DNA of 64,000 nt, taken from positions 192,001 to 256,000 of the forward strand of contig CAWBYW010000004.1 of NCBI GenBank assembly GCA_963792965.1. Reading direction: 5' to 3'. Position 1 is the first letter of the stretch, and every line of letters starts with the position of its first letter. The translations under genes were made by a program, and so were the position numbers. Under the pieces are notes generated by a model that had not been told where the DNA came from, ran no database searches, and was given only the letters and a program-made list of their open reading frames with translations. The stretch is from an uncultured delta proteobacterium (GTDB lineage: Bacteria > Desulfobacterota > Zymogenia > Zymogenales > Zymogenaceae). Positions 39,942 to 50,068 of the stretch are shown here, piece after piece.

Positions 39942-39976
39942 GGCCGTGGGCGACCAAAGTCGCCCACGGCCTTTTT
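39942..39976 (+). terminator. Attenuator terminator 1
   Basis: GGCCGTGGGCGAC-CAAA-GTCGCCCACGGCC-TTTTT. Confidence 0.85.
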
Positions 39977-39986
39977 ATATCAACAG

Positions 39987-40023
39987 AAGGCCGTGAGTAG
40001 ATATCACGGCCTTTTTTATTTTT
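39987..40023 (+). terminator. Attenuator terminator 2
   Basis: AAGGCCGTGA-GTAGATA-TCACGGCCTT-TTTTATTTTT. Confidence 0.8.
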
Positions 40024-40123
40024 CGATGCGAAAGGGGGTGATCGCCGCATGAGGCGTCGGTGGAAATGGGAATAATCGGCTTAGTTTGTATAGATTCATC
40101 ACTATCATGAAATGGAGAAGAAG

Positions 40124-41488
40124 ATGACTGACAAGAGAATAAACTTGACTCGGGCCGAGATGCCCACGAAATGGTACAACATCGTGGCCGATCTCCCGGT
40201 GCCGATGAAGCCGGTCCTCAGCCCGAGGACGCTTGAGCCCGCCACTGCTGATGACTTCGCCCCCATCTTTCCGATGACCATCATAGAGCAGGAGATGAGC
40301 GACAAGCAGTACATCCCGATCCCTGAAGAGGTCCTGGAGGCGTACACGATCTATCGGCCGACCCCGTTGGTCAGGGCGACCGGGCTTGAGAAATATCTCG
40401 ATACGCCCGCGAAGATCTACTTCAAGAACGAGAGCGTATCGCCGGCTGGGTCTCACAAGCCGAACACGGCCATTCCCCAGGCCTTCTACAACAAGAAGGC
40501 CGGCATGAAACGGATGTCTACGGAGACGGGAGCGGGCCAGTGGGGGAGCGCGCTTGCCTTTGCGGGCTCACTGTTCGGGATCGATGTAACCGTCTATATG
40601 GTCCGGATTTCTTTCGAGCAGAAGCCCTATCGAAAGTCGATGATTCAAACATGGGGCGGCACGATATTCCCGAGCCCAAGCGACAAAACGGAAGTAGGAA
40701 AAGCCCTCCTCAAGGAGAATCCCAACACGATGGGCACGCTCGGCATGGCGATATCGGAGGCGGTCTTCGACGCGGCGACCCACGACGACACCAACTATTC
40801 CATCGGCAGCGTCCTCAACCACGTCTGTATGCACCAGACCATCGTAGGGCAGGAGGCGATGCTTCAGATGAAAAAGGCCGGAGACTATCCGGACGTCCTC
40901 ATCGGGTGTGTCGGCGGAGGGAGCAACTTCGCAGGGATAGCTAATCCCTTCGTGCGGGAGAAAATCAAAGGGAATAAGGACACGAAGATCATAGCCGTCG
41001 AGCCCTTCTCGTGTCCGACCCTTACCAAGGGGGTCTATGCCTACGACTTTGGGGATACCGCCATGGTTGCGCCGGTGGCCTATATGTACACACTCGGGCA
41101 CACCTTTGAGCCGCCCGGAATCCATGCGGGCGGGCTGCGCTATCACGGCATGGCGCCGACCGTCTGCCTTCTCTACGACCAGAAGCTTATAGACGCGGTG
41201 GCGGTGCACCAGAACGCATGCTTCGAGGCGGCGGTTACCTTTGCGCGTACCGAGGGGATCATTCCCGCCCCGGAGTCCTCACACGCCATCAGGGTGGCGA
41301 TAGACGAAGCCCTTAAGGCCAAGAAGGAAGGAAAGAAGAAGGTTATCCTCTTCAATCTCTCCGGTCACGGGCACTTCGATATGGTGGCCTATGATAAATA
41401 CTTCGCGGGTCAACTGGAGGACTATGAATATCCGTCGGAGAAGATAAAAGAGGCCCTCGCGCACCTTCCCAAGGCTCACGTCGGATAA
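40124..41488 (+). CDS. trpB2: Tryptophan synthase beta chain type 2 (TrpB2)
   Basis: [19 protein letters not shown] (PLP Lys), [29 protein letters not shown]; alternative ATG at 40112. Confidence 0.95.
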   Translation: MTDKRINLTRAEMPTKWYNIVADLPVPMKPVLSPRTLEPATADDFAPIFPMTIIEQEMSDKQYIPIPEEVLEAYTIYRPTPLVRATGLEKYLDTPAKIYFKNESVSPAGSHKPNTAIPQAFYNKKAGMKRMSTETGAGQWGSALAFAGSLFGIDVTVYMVRISFEQKPYRKSMIQTWGGTIFPSPSDKTEVGKALLKENPNTMGTLGMAISEAVFDAATHDDTNYSIGSVLNHVCMHQTIVGQEAMLQMKKAGDYPDVLIGCVGGGSNFAGIANPFVREKIKGNKDTKIIAVEPFSCPTLTKGVYAYDFGDTAMVAPVAYMYTLGHTFEPPGIHAGGLRYHGMAPTVCLLYDQKLIDAVAVHQNACFEAAVTFARTEGIIPAPESSHAIRVAIDEALKAKKEGKKKVILFNLSGHGHFDMVAYDKYFAGQLEDYEYPSEKIKEALAHLPKAHVG

Positions 41489-41512
41489 CGAGCTTAAGCC
41501 AAGGGCTTTCCG

Positions 41513-41548
41513 AGGGGCCGCAGGCCGCACGCCTGCGGCCCCTTTCTT
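41513..41548 (+). terminator. Intrinsic terminator after trpB2
   Basis: AGGGGCCGCAGGC-CGCAC-GCCTGCGGCCCCT-TTCTT. Confidence 0.75.
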
Positions 41549-41852
41549 ATCCACGACGGCGGGAGTAGAGTGGCCCATCGGGCGTGCCGCTCATTCGTTT
41601 AACCCTGTGCCGGGACCTTCGGTCATCCGGCTCAGCTCAATTAGCCGTGCTCTATTGCCAATCGAGGGGCACAACAGAGCCGTGCGGCGGCGCGCAGCCT
41701 GTTTTTGTGATCTAAGGCACAAAAAGGGGGTAAATGTAATAAGAAAGAGTGAATTGTTATTTCCTTTCCCCGGCATGATATGATATTATTTCAACAGTAA
41801 TGATTGACCGTATGGGTCCAGCGAGTATTATTGGTAGTGTGGAGAGCGGCAG

Positions 41853-43423
41853 TTGAAGGAAACAGATACGTCGGATATTGAGCGCGCTATAATTCGCGGG
41901 CTTTCCGTGCTTGCCGATTCGGACACAGAGCCCTCGGACGTTGTCGAGGGTATCATCGGGGAGATTACCCGTCGAAGCGGGCGCGGCCGCAGGCGCTCTA
42001 TATATCATCGATGGGGTGACCGGCGATCCGCTCAGGGTCTTTCCGGCGACCAACGGCGATCAGCCGGCAACAGCAAGCCGGAACCCGATATGGGGCGAGG
42101 TCGGAAAGAAGGTCGCCGGGAGCGGGCAGTCGTACGTGAGACCTCAGGATGGAGAAACCAGGCTCGATGATCTTCGTCCCGGTCATTATGCGCCGAAAAG
42201 TCATCGGGATTATCGAGGCCGCGCGGGAAAAAGGGCGGCCGGCCTTTTCGCCGCAGGACGTGGAGTTCCTCAAGGCCGTCGCCGTCCTGGTCTCGGTCCT
42301 CGTTGAAAATATCAGGCTTGTCAAGATGAAAGACCGCAGCGTCAGGGAGATGGCGGAGCTCATGGAAATAGCGGCGATCCTGAATTCCTCCCTCGATCCT
42401 CATGTCGTGCGGGAGAAGGCGATCACGGTGGTCACGAGGCTCCTCGAATGCGAGGTTGCCTCGCTCCTCTTGGTCAATAAGAAAACGGACGAGCTCTATT
42501 TCGAGGTGGCCCTGGGGGAGAAGGGTGACCAGGTCAAGGAGATCCGCCTTAAGATGGGGGAGGGTATCGCCGGTTGGGTCGCGCGAAACAACAGGCCCCT
42601 CCTGATCGATGATGTGAAGAGCGACCCGAGGCATTCCACGCGGGCCGACGACCGCTCGAAGTTTACCACGAGAAATATGATCTGCGTCCCCATGGCGATC
42701 AAAGGTGATGTCACCGGGGTGCTGCAGGGCATCAACAAGCTGAACGGCGGCGCCTTCTCGAAGGCGGACCTCGATCTCCTTGGGTCTCTCTCAAACGAGG
42801 TGGCCATTGCGGTCGATAACGCCCGTCTCTATAACGAACTCAGGGAGACCTTTTATCAAACGGCCGAGGCGTTAGCGGACGCCATCGAAAAGCGCGATCC
42901 GTACACCGGCGATCATACAAAAAGGGTGATGCATTATTCAATGGGGATCGCGCGCTACCTTCCCCTTTCGGATGAGGAAAAAGAAAACCTGATGCTCGCG
43001 GCCATCCTCCACGATGTCGGCAAAATCGGCGTTGAGGATTCGGTCCTCAGAAAGGATGCCGAGCTAAATGACGATGAGTATCAAAAAATCATCAGGCACC
43101 CCGAAATCGGGGTTGACATCCTGGGCCATATCAGAAAACTCGAGGGCGTGATACCCGGCATGAAATCGCATCACGAGAGGTATGACGGCAACGGATATCC
43201 CGAACGACTGAAGGAGACCGACATCCCGCTCATCGCCCGGATCATCGCGGTGGCAGACACGTTCGACGCCATAACCACCAATCGCCCGTACAGAAAAGCG
43301 AAGAGTGATCGTGAGGCGATCGATGAGCTCGTGCGAAATATCGGTATCCAGTTTGACCGGGACGTGGTGGAGGCATTCATACGCTCCTTTGAGGACGGCG
43401 GCATCATAAAGAAGATTGACTAA
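41853..43423 (+). CDS. GAF-GAF-HD-GYP phosphodiesterase (N-terminal part frameshifted at about 41985 and 42140)
   Basis: GEGIAGWVA GAF domain; DPYTGDH, HDVGKIG, HHERYDGNGYP, RPYR. Confidence 0.88.
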
Positions 43424-43480
43424 ATAACCGACTTCGTATATATATGGTATAGCAGTAGAGAACGCGCGGAGGATTTTTGG

Positions 43481-44137
43481 ATGGTGGCTCAGGATATCCT
43501 GCTTCAGAAGTTCGGGCACGATTTCCCCAAGGGAACGATTCTCTTCGAGGACGGAGATACGAAGGGAAAGGAAATGTACGTCGTCCACCGGGGGAAGGTG
43601 AAGATCTCCAAGAAAGTCGGCAATCAGGAGACGATACTGGCCTACCTCGGCCAGGGAGAGTTCTTCGGAGAGATGGCTATCCTGAACAACAAGCCGCGCT
43701 CGGCGACGGCGGAGGTTATGGAAGACAGTAAGCTCCTCGTCATCGATCCGAAGACCTTTGAGTCAATGATAAAGAGCAACGTCGAGGTCGCGTTCAGGAT
43801 GATCAAGAAGCTGGCCGATCGCATCGAAGAGACGGACAAAAAAATAGAGCTCTTGATGATCAAGGATACGAATAGCCGCGTCGTCCACGCGCTCGAAAGC
43901 CTGATCGAATCCACCGGCAGGCAGGTGAACGGCGGCACGATGCTTCCTGTTACCGTGAATGCGCTGATTGCGAAGGCGGGGGTGTCCGCAGATCATGCCC
44001 AGGACGTTCTCGATAAGCTCATGAAGGCAAAGATCGTCACCATATCCGCCGAGGGTATCTTCATCCAGGATGTCGTTAAACTGAGAAAATTTGTCGAGTT
44101 TCTGGTCCTCAAGGAGCAGTTCGGCGATCTGGACTAA
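43481..44137 (+). CDS. Cyclic-nucleotide-binding Crp/Fnr-like protein
   Basis: GEFFGEMAIL...PRSATA phosphate-binding cassette; winged-helix-like C-terminus. Confidence 0.9.
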   Translation: MVAQDILLQKFGHDFPKGTILFEDGDTKGKEMYVVHRGKVKISKKVGNQETILAYLGQGEFFGEMAILNNKPRSATAEVMEDSKLLVIDPKTFESMIKSNVEVAFRMIKKLADRIEETDKKIELLMIKDTNSRVVHALESLIESTGRQVNGGTMLPVTVNALIAKAGVSADHAQDVLDKLMKAKIVTISAEGIFIQDVVKLRKFVEFLVLKEQFGDLD

Positions 44138-44907
44138 TGCCTATGGAGATACGCGTATTAGGATGCAATGGAGGGATACTGCCCGGCTTTTATTCGGCAA
44201 GCTTCCTGATTAACGGCAGGGTGCTTATTGATTCCGGACATGTGGCGGGCGCGCTGACGATGGAGGAGCAAAACGGGGTGAGGGATATCTTTATAACCCA
44301 CTTTCACCTCGACCACACCAAGGACATCGCCTTCCTGACCGATAACGCCGTGGGAAACGGGAACCTGCCCATCAGCATATACGGCACAAAAGACACGATA
44401 TCCGATTTCAAGAGGCATTTCTTTAATAACGTGACGTGGCCGGATTTCACGTCGATCAACTCGGGAAAACAGACGATCGCCGAGCTTGTCCCCATTACGG
44501 TGGGCAAGACGAAGGTGGTCAAGGGAATCGAGGTAACCGCGTTTCCGGTCGATCACTCGGTCGACGGGGTCGGCTATCTTGTGCGGGAAGGAAAGACCGC
44601 GGTGGTCTTTTCCGGGGATACCGGACCCACCGAAAAGATGTGGGAGATCATAAATTCACAGAGCGATATCAAGGCGCTCTTCATAGAGACCTCGTTCCCC
44701 AACGAGCTGCAGACAATCGCCGATGCCTCAGGCCACTTTACCCCGCAGACGCTCGGGGCCGAGCTCGCCAAGCTCAAGAAGGGAGGATTTCCCCTCTATC
44801 TCTACCACCTCAAGCCGAAATATTATGATACCCTCGTCAATGAAATCCGCGTACTCAAAAGAAACGACCTCCATATCCTCGAAAACGGCCTTGTTCTGAA
44901 CTATTAG
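44137..44907 (+). CDS. MBL-fold 3',5'-cyclic-nucleotide phosphodiesterase (class II-like)
   Basis: LGC.GG, THFHLDH, FFN...WPDF, FSGDTGPT, ETSFPN, YHLKP; TAATG overlap with the upstream gene. Confidence 0.88.
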   Translation: MPMEIRVLGCNGGILPGFYSASFLINGRVLIDSGHVAGALTMEEQNGVRDIFITHFHLDHTKDIAFLTDNAVGNGNLPISIYGTKDTISDFKRHFFNNVTWPDFTSINSGKQTIAELVPITVGKTKVVKGIEVTAFPVDHSVDGVGYLVREGKTAVVFSGDTGPTEKMWEIINSQSDIKALFIETSFPNELQTIADASGHFTPQTLGAELAKLKKGGFPLYLYHLKPKYYDTLVNEIRVLKRNDLHILENGLVLNY

Positions 44908-44915
44908 AGGGAGCC

Positions 44916-45752
44916 GTGGCGATACGAAAAAACCCGTCATCGGGCGTAAAAATAGATACCGAGAGCGCATGGGTGCGGTGTCCGGGATGTGCGCGTATTC
45001 TCTTTTCCCGGGAGGCGCAGAGAAACCTCTTCGTGTGCCCTTCGTGCAGCCACCATTTTCGGATCGGCGCGCGCCAGCGCATAGAGATCACCGTCGATCC
45101 CGACAGTTTTACCGAGCTCTTCGATAACCTCAGAACGGCCGATCCCCTCTCGTTCGTGGACAGCAAGCCCTATCCGAAGCGCATAGCTGACGCCCGTCGA
45201 AAATCCGGTGAAAACGAGGCGGTCATCGTCGGAAGGGCGCGCATCGACGGTCATCCCGTGATCATATCCGTTATGGATTTTGAGTTCATGGGTGGGAGCA
45301 TGGGAAGCGTCGTGGGCGAGAAGGTGACGCGTGCCCTCGAGACGGGCCTTACGGAAAAGATTCCCGTGGTATCCTTCACCGCGTCGGGGGGCGCCCGGAT
45401 GCAGGAGGGGCTCATTTCGCTCATGCAGATGGCAAAGACGGCCGGCGCGGTCGCTCGGCTCAAAAAAGCCCGCGTTCCCTTCATTTCGGTCCTGACCGAC
45501 CCAACCACCGGGGGAGTGGCCGCGAGCTTCGGGATGCTCGGCGATCTCACGATCTCCGAGCCGGGTGCGCTCATCGGTTTTGCGGGCAGGCGCGTCATCG
45601 AACAGACGACGAATCAGAAGCCCCCCAAGGATTTCCAGAAGGCCGAAGAGCTGCTCAAGCACGGCATGCTTGATATGATCGTCGAGAGAAAACAGATGCG
45701 GGTCATGCTCGGACGGCTCCTTGACTACCTCGACCCCAATACGAAAAAATAG
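44916..45752 (+). CDS. accD: Acetyl-CoA carboxylase carboxyltransferase beta subunit
   Basis: C4 zinc finger, FMGGSMGSVVGEK, SGGARMQEG, PTTGGV.AS. Confidence 0.97.
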   Translation: MAIRKNPSSGVKIDTESAWVRCPGCARILFSREAQRNLFVCPSCSHHFRIGARQRIEITVDPDSFTELFDNLRTADPLSFVDSKPYPKRIADARRKSGENEAVIVGRARIDGHPVIISVMDFEFMGGSMGSVVGEKVTRALETGLTEKIPVVSFTASGGARMQEGLISLMQMAKTAGAVARLKKARVPFISVLTDPTTGGVAASFGMLGDLTISEPGALIGFAGRRVIEQTTNQKPPKDFQKAEELLKHGMLDMIVERKQMRVMLGRLLDYLDPNTKK

Positions 45753-45924
45753 CCGCAGGCCTCTCAACGGTTCAGCGCGCGGAGCAAGGGTATGGAACGC
45801 CCTATGCGTCCGTTCGGAGACACATCGAGATCCCCCCTTGGTATACCCTCCTTTTCCTCATATAAGAGGAATAATAAGAAAAACTTGAGAATTTATCAAA
45901 CCTTAACGGACGGCCGATTTCGAT

Positions 45925-47226
45925 ATGCCGCACGACCCTGACGTGGACTCATTCATCACTGCTCAGTTCTCATACCTCGAGGGACTCGCGGCCCGGGGAA
46001 TCAGGAAGGACCTCGCCGGCATACGGGAAGCCCTGGAGCTCTTCCGCAATCCCGAGGCCGAGGTGCCGGTGGTGCTCGTCGGCGGCACGAACGGCAAGGG
46101 CTCGGTCGTCGCGACGGTCGGGACGATTATTAGGCATGCCGAATATTCGGTCGGGTGCTACTATTCGCCGCACGTCCTGGATGTGCGGGAAAGGATCATT
46201 ACGAACGGAGAGATGATCTCACGACTGGACATGGCGCGCCTCATCGAAAAGATCAGGACGGTCGTCGAGGGCGCCGTAGAGCTGACTTATTTTGAGTTCC
46301 TGACGCTTGCCGCTTATCTCTCGTTCGCAGAGAACGGGGTCGATCTGGCCGTCATGGAGGTCGGGATGGGGGGAAGGTTTGACGCAACCAACATAGTGAG
46401 CCCCCTGGTCTCGGTCATCACGACGGTATCGCTTGACCATACGCAGTACCTCGGGAAGACCCGGCAGGCTATCGCGCGCGAGAAGGCACAGATCGTGCAC
46501 CCCGGCGGCGCACTTGTGGCGGGGAGGGTGGGCAGGGGCGTACGGGAACTCTTGAAGGATCACGCGAAAGATAAGGGGGCAAAAGCCTATTTTCTCGGCG
46601 AGGATTTTTCAGGCTCGTATACTTCACGTGCGAGCGGGGGCAGAGGTCCGCGTTTTCACTACCGGGGGATGAAGGCACAATTTCGTGATCTGACGATCGG
46701 GCTCGCCGGCGCCCACCAGGCCGACAACGCCGCGGTTTCGCTGGCGGTCATAGAGCTCCTCGGTGGCCGGGGGTACGCGATAACGGAATCAGCGATCCGG
46801 GAGGGGCTCGCGTCGGCCCGCCTTTCCGGCAGGATGGAGGTGGTTGCGGACAATCCCGAAGTCATCGTGGACGTGGGGCACAACCCGGCGGCGGGCAGGG
46901 TGCTGGCGCGGTGGTTGGGGACGCTCCCAAAGAAGCGAACGGCGCTCGTCGTGGGGATGATGGGGGATAAGGACGTCGGAGGTTTCCTGAAAGAGCTGGA
47001 TGGGAGCGCCGACCTGATATTTCTGGCGGCGCCGCACGTCGCGCGTTCGGCTTCCCTCACGGAGCTCGAGCGCGCCGCCTCCTCTCTCTCGACCCCCGTC
47101 CGCGGGTGTGCGAGCGTGCCGGAGGCCCTGTCGCAGGCCAGCACGTTCGTCGGCAGCGAGGGCCGGGTCGCGGTTACCGGGTCGTTCTATACGGTGGGAG
47201 AGGCGATGGAGGAGATGAAGCGGTAA
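45925..47226 (+). CDS. folC: Folylpolyglutamate/dihydrofolate synthase
   Basis: GTNGKGS, SPH, EVGMGGRFDATN, DVGHNP, TGSFY.VG. Confidence 0.96.
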   Translation: MPHDPDVDSFITAQFSYLEGLAARGIRKDLAGIREALELFRNPEAEVPVVLVGGTNGKGSVVATVGTIIRHAEYSVGCYYSPHVLDVRERIITNGEMISRLDMARLIEKIRTVVEGAVELTYFEFLTLAAYLSFAENGVDLAVMEVGMGGRFDATNIVSPLVSVITTVSLDHTQYLGKTRQAIAREKAQIVHPGGALVAGRVGRGVRELLKDHAKDKGAKAYFLGEDFSGSYTSRASGGRGPRFHYRGMKAQFRDLTIGLAGAHQADNAAVSLAVIELLGGRGYAITESAIREGLASARLSGRMEVVADNPEVIVDVGHNPAAGRVLARWLGTLPKKRTALVVGMMGDKDVGGFLKELDGSADLIFLAAPHVARSASLTELERAASSLSTPVRGCASVPEALSQASTFVGSEGRVAVTGSFYTVGEAMEEMKR

Positions 47227-47282
47227 AGAAGGGAAAAGAGACGTCCAAGGTCGGCTTATAGGTATATCTCACTCGCGATAGG

Positions 47283-48404
47283 TCACGAAAAGAGCGGCTT
47301 GCCGTTGTTGCGGAACGTCGCTCCCTGGAACCGCGGTCGGCGTGAAAAGCGAGTATCCTTGAAATCTGCACCACCTTCGCCCGAGAATTGTGCCCCGATA
47401 AACTTGGGCCCGTACTTACCTGAAAAAACCGCGCGGGAGAAATCCGCCCCTCCGGGGCCGTTGAACTCGGCCCCGGAAAAGTCAGCGCATCCCCCGCCGT
47501 TAAAATGGGCATCCCTGAAGACGACCCCGCCCGCGCCGGAGAACTCCGCGAGGCGAAAGTTGACGCCGCCCCTGCCGACAAACTGAACAAGGGAGAAATC
47601 CGTGCCGCCGCCACCGGCAAAAATAGTGCCGGTGAAAAGAGCGCCCCCCGTGCCTGCAAACTGGGCCCCGCGAAAGCGAGTGCCCCCGTCCCCGGAGAAT
47701 TTCACCATGCTGAAGTCGGCACCGCGCAGGCCGGTAAAAGCGGCCTGGGAAAAATCGGCGCCTGCGCCGCAGGAGAATCGGGCAAGCGTAAAATCCGCCC
47801 CGCCCCTGCCGACGAACCGGGCGCCGGAAAAGTCCGCGCCCCCTTCGCCCGAGAAGACGGACAGATCGAACAGCGCGCCTCCCGCGGATGAGAATTGCGT
47901 GTCCCTGAACCCGATGGAGGCATTTCCGGCGAAATGGGCGCCCCTGAAGAGCGCCGGTCCCTCGCCGGCAAATACGGCGCGGCTGAAATCAGCTCCCCAT
48001 CTCCCGTCGAACTGCGCCGCTGAAAAATCCGCTCCGCCGCTCCCGGTAAAATGGATCCCGGAAAAATCGGCGCTTCCGAGGAACCGCGCGTCGATGAAGC
48101 GAGCGTTTCTCAATACAATTTCTCGCATCTCCATTCGGAGCATGCCTAAGTCAAAGTCTTTCGGAAACACGAAGCCGATGAACGTGTGGTCTTTAGATAG
48201 ATAGAGTTCCTTGAAAAGCCTGTAGAAGGTGTGGGAGTGGGCGCGCTCGTCTTTATCCCACGGTCTAAAATGTTCTTTCTCGGTATGGAAGATGCAGAGG
48301 TGCCTGCCCTCCTGGTTCCGTTTCGCCCAGGGGCGGTGAGGGCAGCGATAGAGCCGCATCGTTCCTTTTACGGTATCGTGGTACTCGCGCTGGTAGTCGC
48401 ACAT
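47283..48404 (-). CDS. Pentapeptide-repeat-like protein with 13-aa period and N-terminal Cys/His domain
   Basis: Likely start MCDYQ...; CIFH motif; tandem ADFSxAxFxGxGG units. Confidence 0.8.
   Translation of the reverse strand: MCDYQREYHDTVKGTMRLYRCPHRPWAKRNQEGRHLCIFHTEKEHFRPWDKDERAHSHTFYRLFKELYLSKDHTFIGFVFPKDFDLGMLRMEMREIVLRNARFIDARFLGSADFSGIHFTGSGGADFSAAQFDGRWGADFSRAVFAGEGPALFRGAHFAGNASIGFRDTQFSSAGGALFDLSVFSGEGGADFSGARFVGRGGADFTLARFSCGAGADFSQAAFTGLRGADFSMVKFSGDGGTRFRGAQFAGTGGALFTGTIFAGGGGTDFSLVQFVGRGGVNFRLAEFSGAGGVVFRDAHFNGGGCADFSGAEFNGPGGADFSRAVFSGKYGPKFIGAQFSGEGGADFKDTRFSRRPRFQGATFRNNGKPLFS
47370..48071 (-). repeat. 18 degenerate tandem 39-nt (13-aa) coding repeats
   Basis: From ADFSGIHFTGSGG to PKFIGAQFSGEGG, with no indels across 702 nt. 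Confidence 0.9.
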
Positions 48405-48567
48405 GTGCGTGCCGAATTGTAGATAAGATGGATAAAGTATAACAAATGTAAAAGATTTGGTCAAGTACTTTGTACGCTTCCTCTCGCTCGTTTCCGCGGC
48501 CCCACGTGAGCATCGTGTCGTTGTTCCGTTTTCGTGCGTGGTGTTCCGGCGGGGTCGCTGAAATACG

Positions 48568-48596
48568 TTGACATTCTCGTCCGATTTTTCTATGAT
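48568..48596 (+). promoter_or_regulatory. sigma70-type promoter upstream of the coaBC cluster
   Basis: TTGACA-17 nt-TATGAT. Confidence 0.65.
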
Positions 48597-48865
48597 ACTA
48601 AGATAAGCAATATACGTATACTCCCTATACCGATAATTCGAGCCATGAGACGGCGACGCACAGATGAAGGGGAGGGAGGCGTCTTCGGGTGAGGCGGCCG
48701 GAATTATTCTCCGCGGCCGTCGCACATAGCTTAGACTTTTCGGCTTTTTGCCCCTCAGCTTCTTGAGGACTTTTTTGGGTCGCCGGGCACGGCCCGAAAG
48801 GGAGAAAGCGGGCTCTCTCCCACGGGTGCGGGCAACGTGTCTCAAACTCAAGCTTCCGACTGATT

Positions 48866-50068
48866 ATGACCGAACCCAAACACATTGTGCTGGGCGTTAC
48901 GGGAGGGATCGCGGCGTATAAGGCCTGCGAATTAACGCGGCTCTTTGTCAAAGGGGGGTACTGTGTTCATGTCGTTATGACGAAAAACGCCCAGGCCTTC
49001 GTAACCCCGCTGACCTTCTCGACGCTGTCCGGAAACCCGGTGGGCGTTGCGATGTTTGACGGCGGGGCGCCCGAGACGATAAAACATATCAATCTCGCCG
49101 ACGACGCGGACCTCGTGGTCGTCGCGCCCGCTACGGCTAATATTATCGGAAAGGTCGCCGCGGGCATCTCGGACGATTTGCTGACCACCGTTATCTGCGC
49201 CACAAAGGCCCCCGTGCTTTTTGCCCCCGCGATGAACGTCAACATGTACGAGAATCCGATCACTCAGAGCAACATCGAAAAGCTTAAGAAGCTCGGCTAT
49301 CGATTCGTCGAGCCGGGCGTGGGATGGCTTGCCTGTGGATGGGAGGGCAAGGGGAGGCTGGCCGAGCCGGAAGAGATTTATGGCGCCGCAATTTCTCTTC
49401 TCACCGAACAGGACCTCGGCGGCATGAAGATCCTCGTCACGGCGGGCCCCACCCGCGAGGCCATCGATCCCGTCCGCTTCATCTCAAACCGTTCAACCGG
49501 AAAGATGGGATACGCCGTTGCCGTCCGGGCGCGCGCACGGGGAGCCGAGGTCGTCCTTATCTCCGGGCCCTCGAGTCTTGCGCCCCCCGCGGGTGTGACG
49601 TTTGTATCGGTAGAGAGTGCGGCCGACATGGCGCGTGAGGTCAAACGTGCGTTTGACGATTCCGACGCGGTTATCAAGGCCGCGGCCGTCGCGGACCTCA
49701 CGCCGAAAAATCCGAGTGACCAGAAGATAAAAAAGAATGACTCATCAGGCACGCTCGAGCTTGCCCCCACCGAGGATATCCTGAAGGGTCTGGGCCACGA
49801 CAAGGGCAACAAGATCCTCGTCGGCTTTGCCGCCGAGACACAGGATCTGTTGAAGAACGCGAAAATGAAGCTCGAAAACAAGAACCTCGACATGATCGTC
49901 GCCAACGATGTCTCTCGGAGGGACGCCGGGTTCGCCGTCGACACGAATCTTGTGAGGATCATAGAAAAGGGCGGGAAGGAATCAGAGCTTCCACTCATGG
50001 GCAAGGAAGAGGTGGCCGACGCGATCCTCGACCGGGTAAGGGAATTATGGAAGTCGACCCACAGGTAA
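48866..50068 (+). CDS. coaBC: Phosphopantothenoylcysteine decarboxylase/synthetase
   Basis: GVTGGIAAYKA, APATAN, PAMN, TAGPTRE.IDPVRFISN.STGKMG, GFAAET. Confidence 0.97.
   Translation: MTEPKHIVLGVTGGIAAYKACELTRLFVKGGYCVHVVMTKNAQAFVTPLTFSTLSGNPVGVAMFDGGAPETIKHINLADDADLVVVAPATANIIGKVAAGISDDLLTTVICATKAPVLFAPAMNVNMYENPITQSNIEKLKKLGYRFVEPGVGWLACGWEGKGRLAEPEEIYGAAISLLTEQDLGGMKILVTAGPTREAIDPVRFISNRSTGKMGYAVAVRARARGAEVVLISGPSSLAPPAGVTFVSVESAADMAREVKRAFDDSDAVIKAAAVADLTPKNPSDQKIKKNDSSGTLELAPTEDILKGLGHDKGNKILVGFAAETQDLLKNAKMKLENKNLDMIVANDVSRRDAGFAVDTNLVRIIEKGGKESELPLMGKEEVADAILDRVRELWKSTHR

Noticed and set aside
47370-48071. Regular 39-nt periodicity as a CRISPR array or DGR
   Set aside because: The units are degenerate at the DNA level, conserved only as protein, have no spacers, and there is no cas or reverse transcriptase gene nearby
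48405-48851. 149-aa N-terminal extension of ORF 47283..48851
   Set aside because: Low-complexity, non-protein-like sequence that overlaps the divergent promoter region; the ATG at 48404 is the more plausible start
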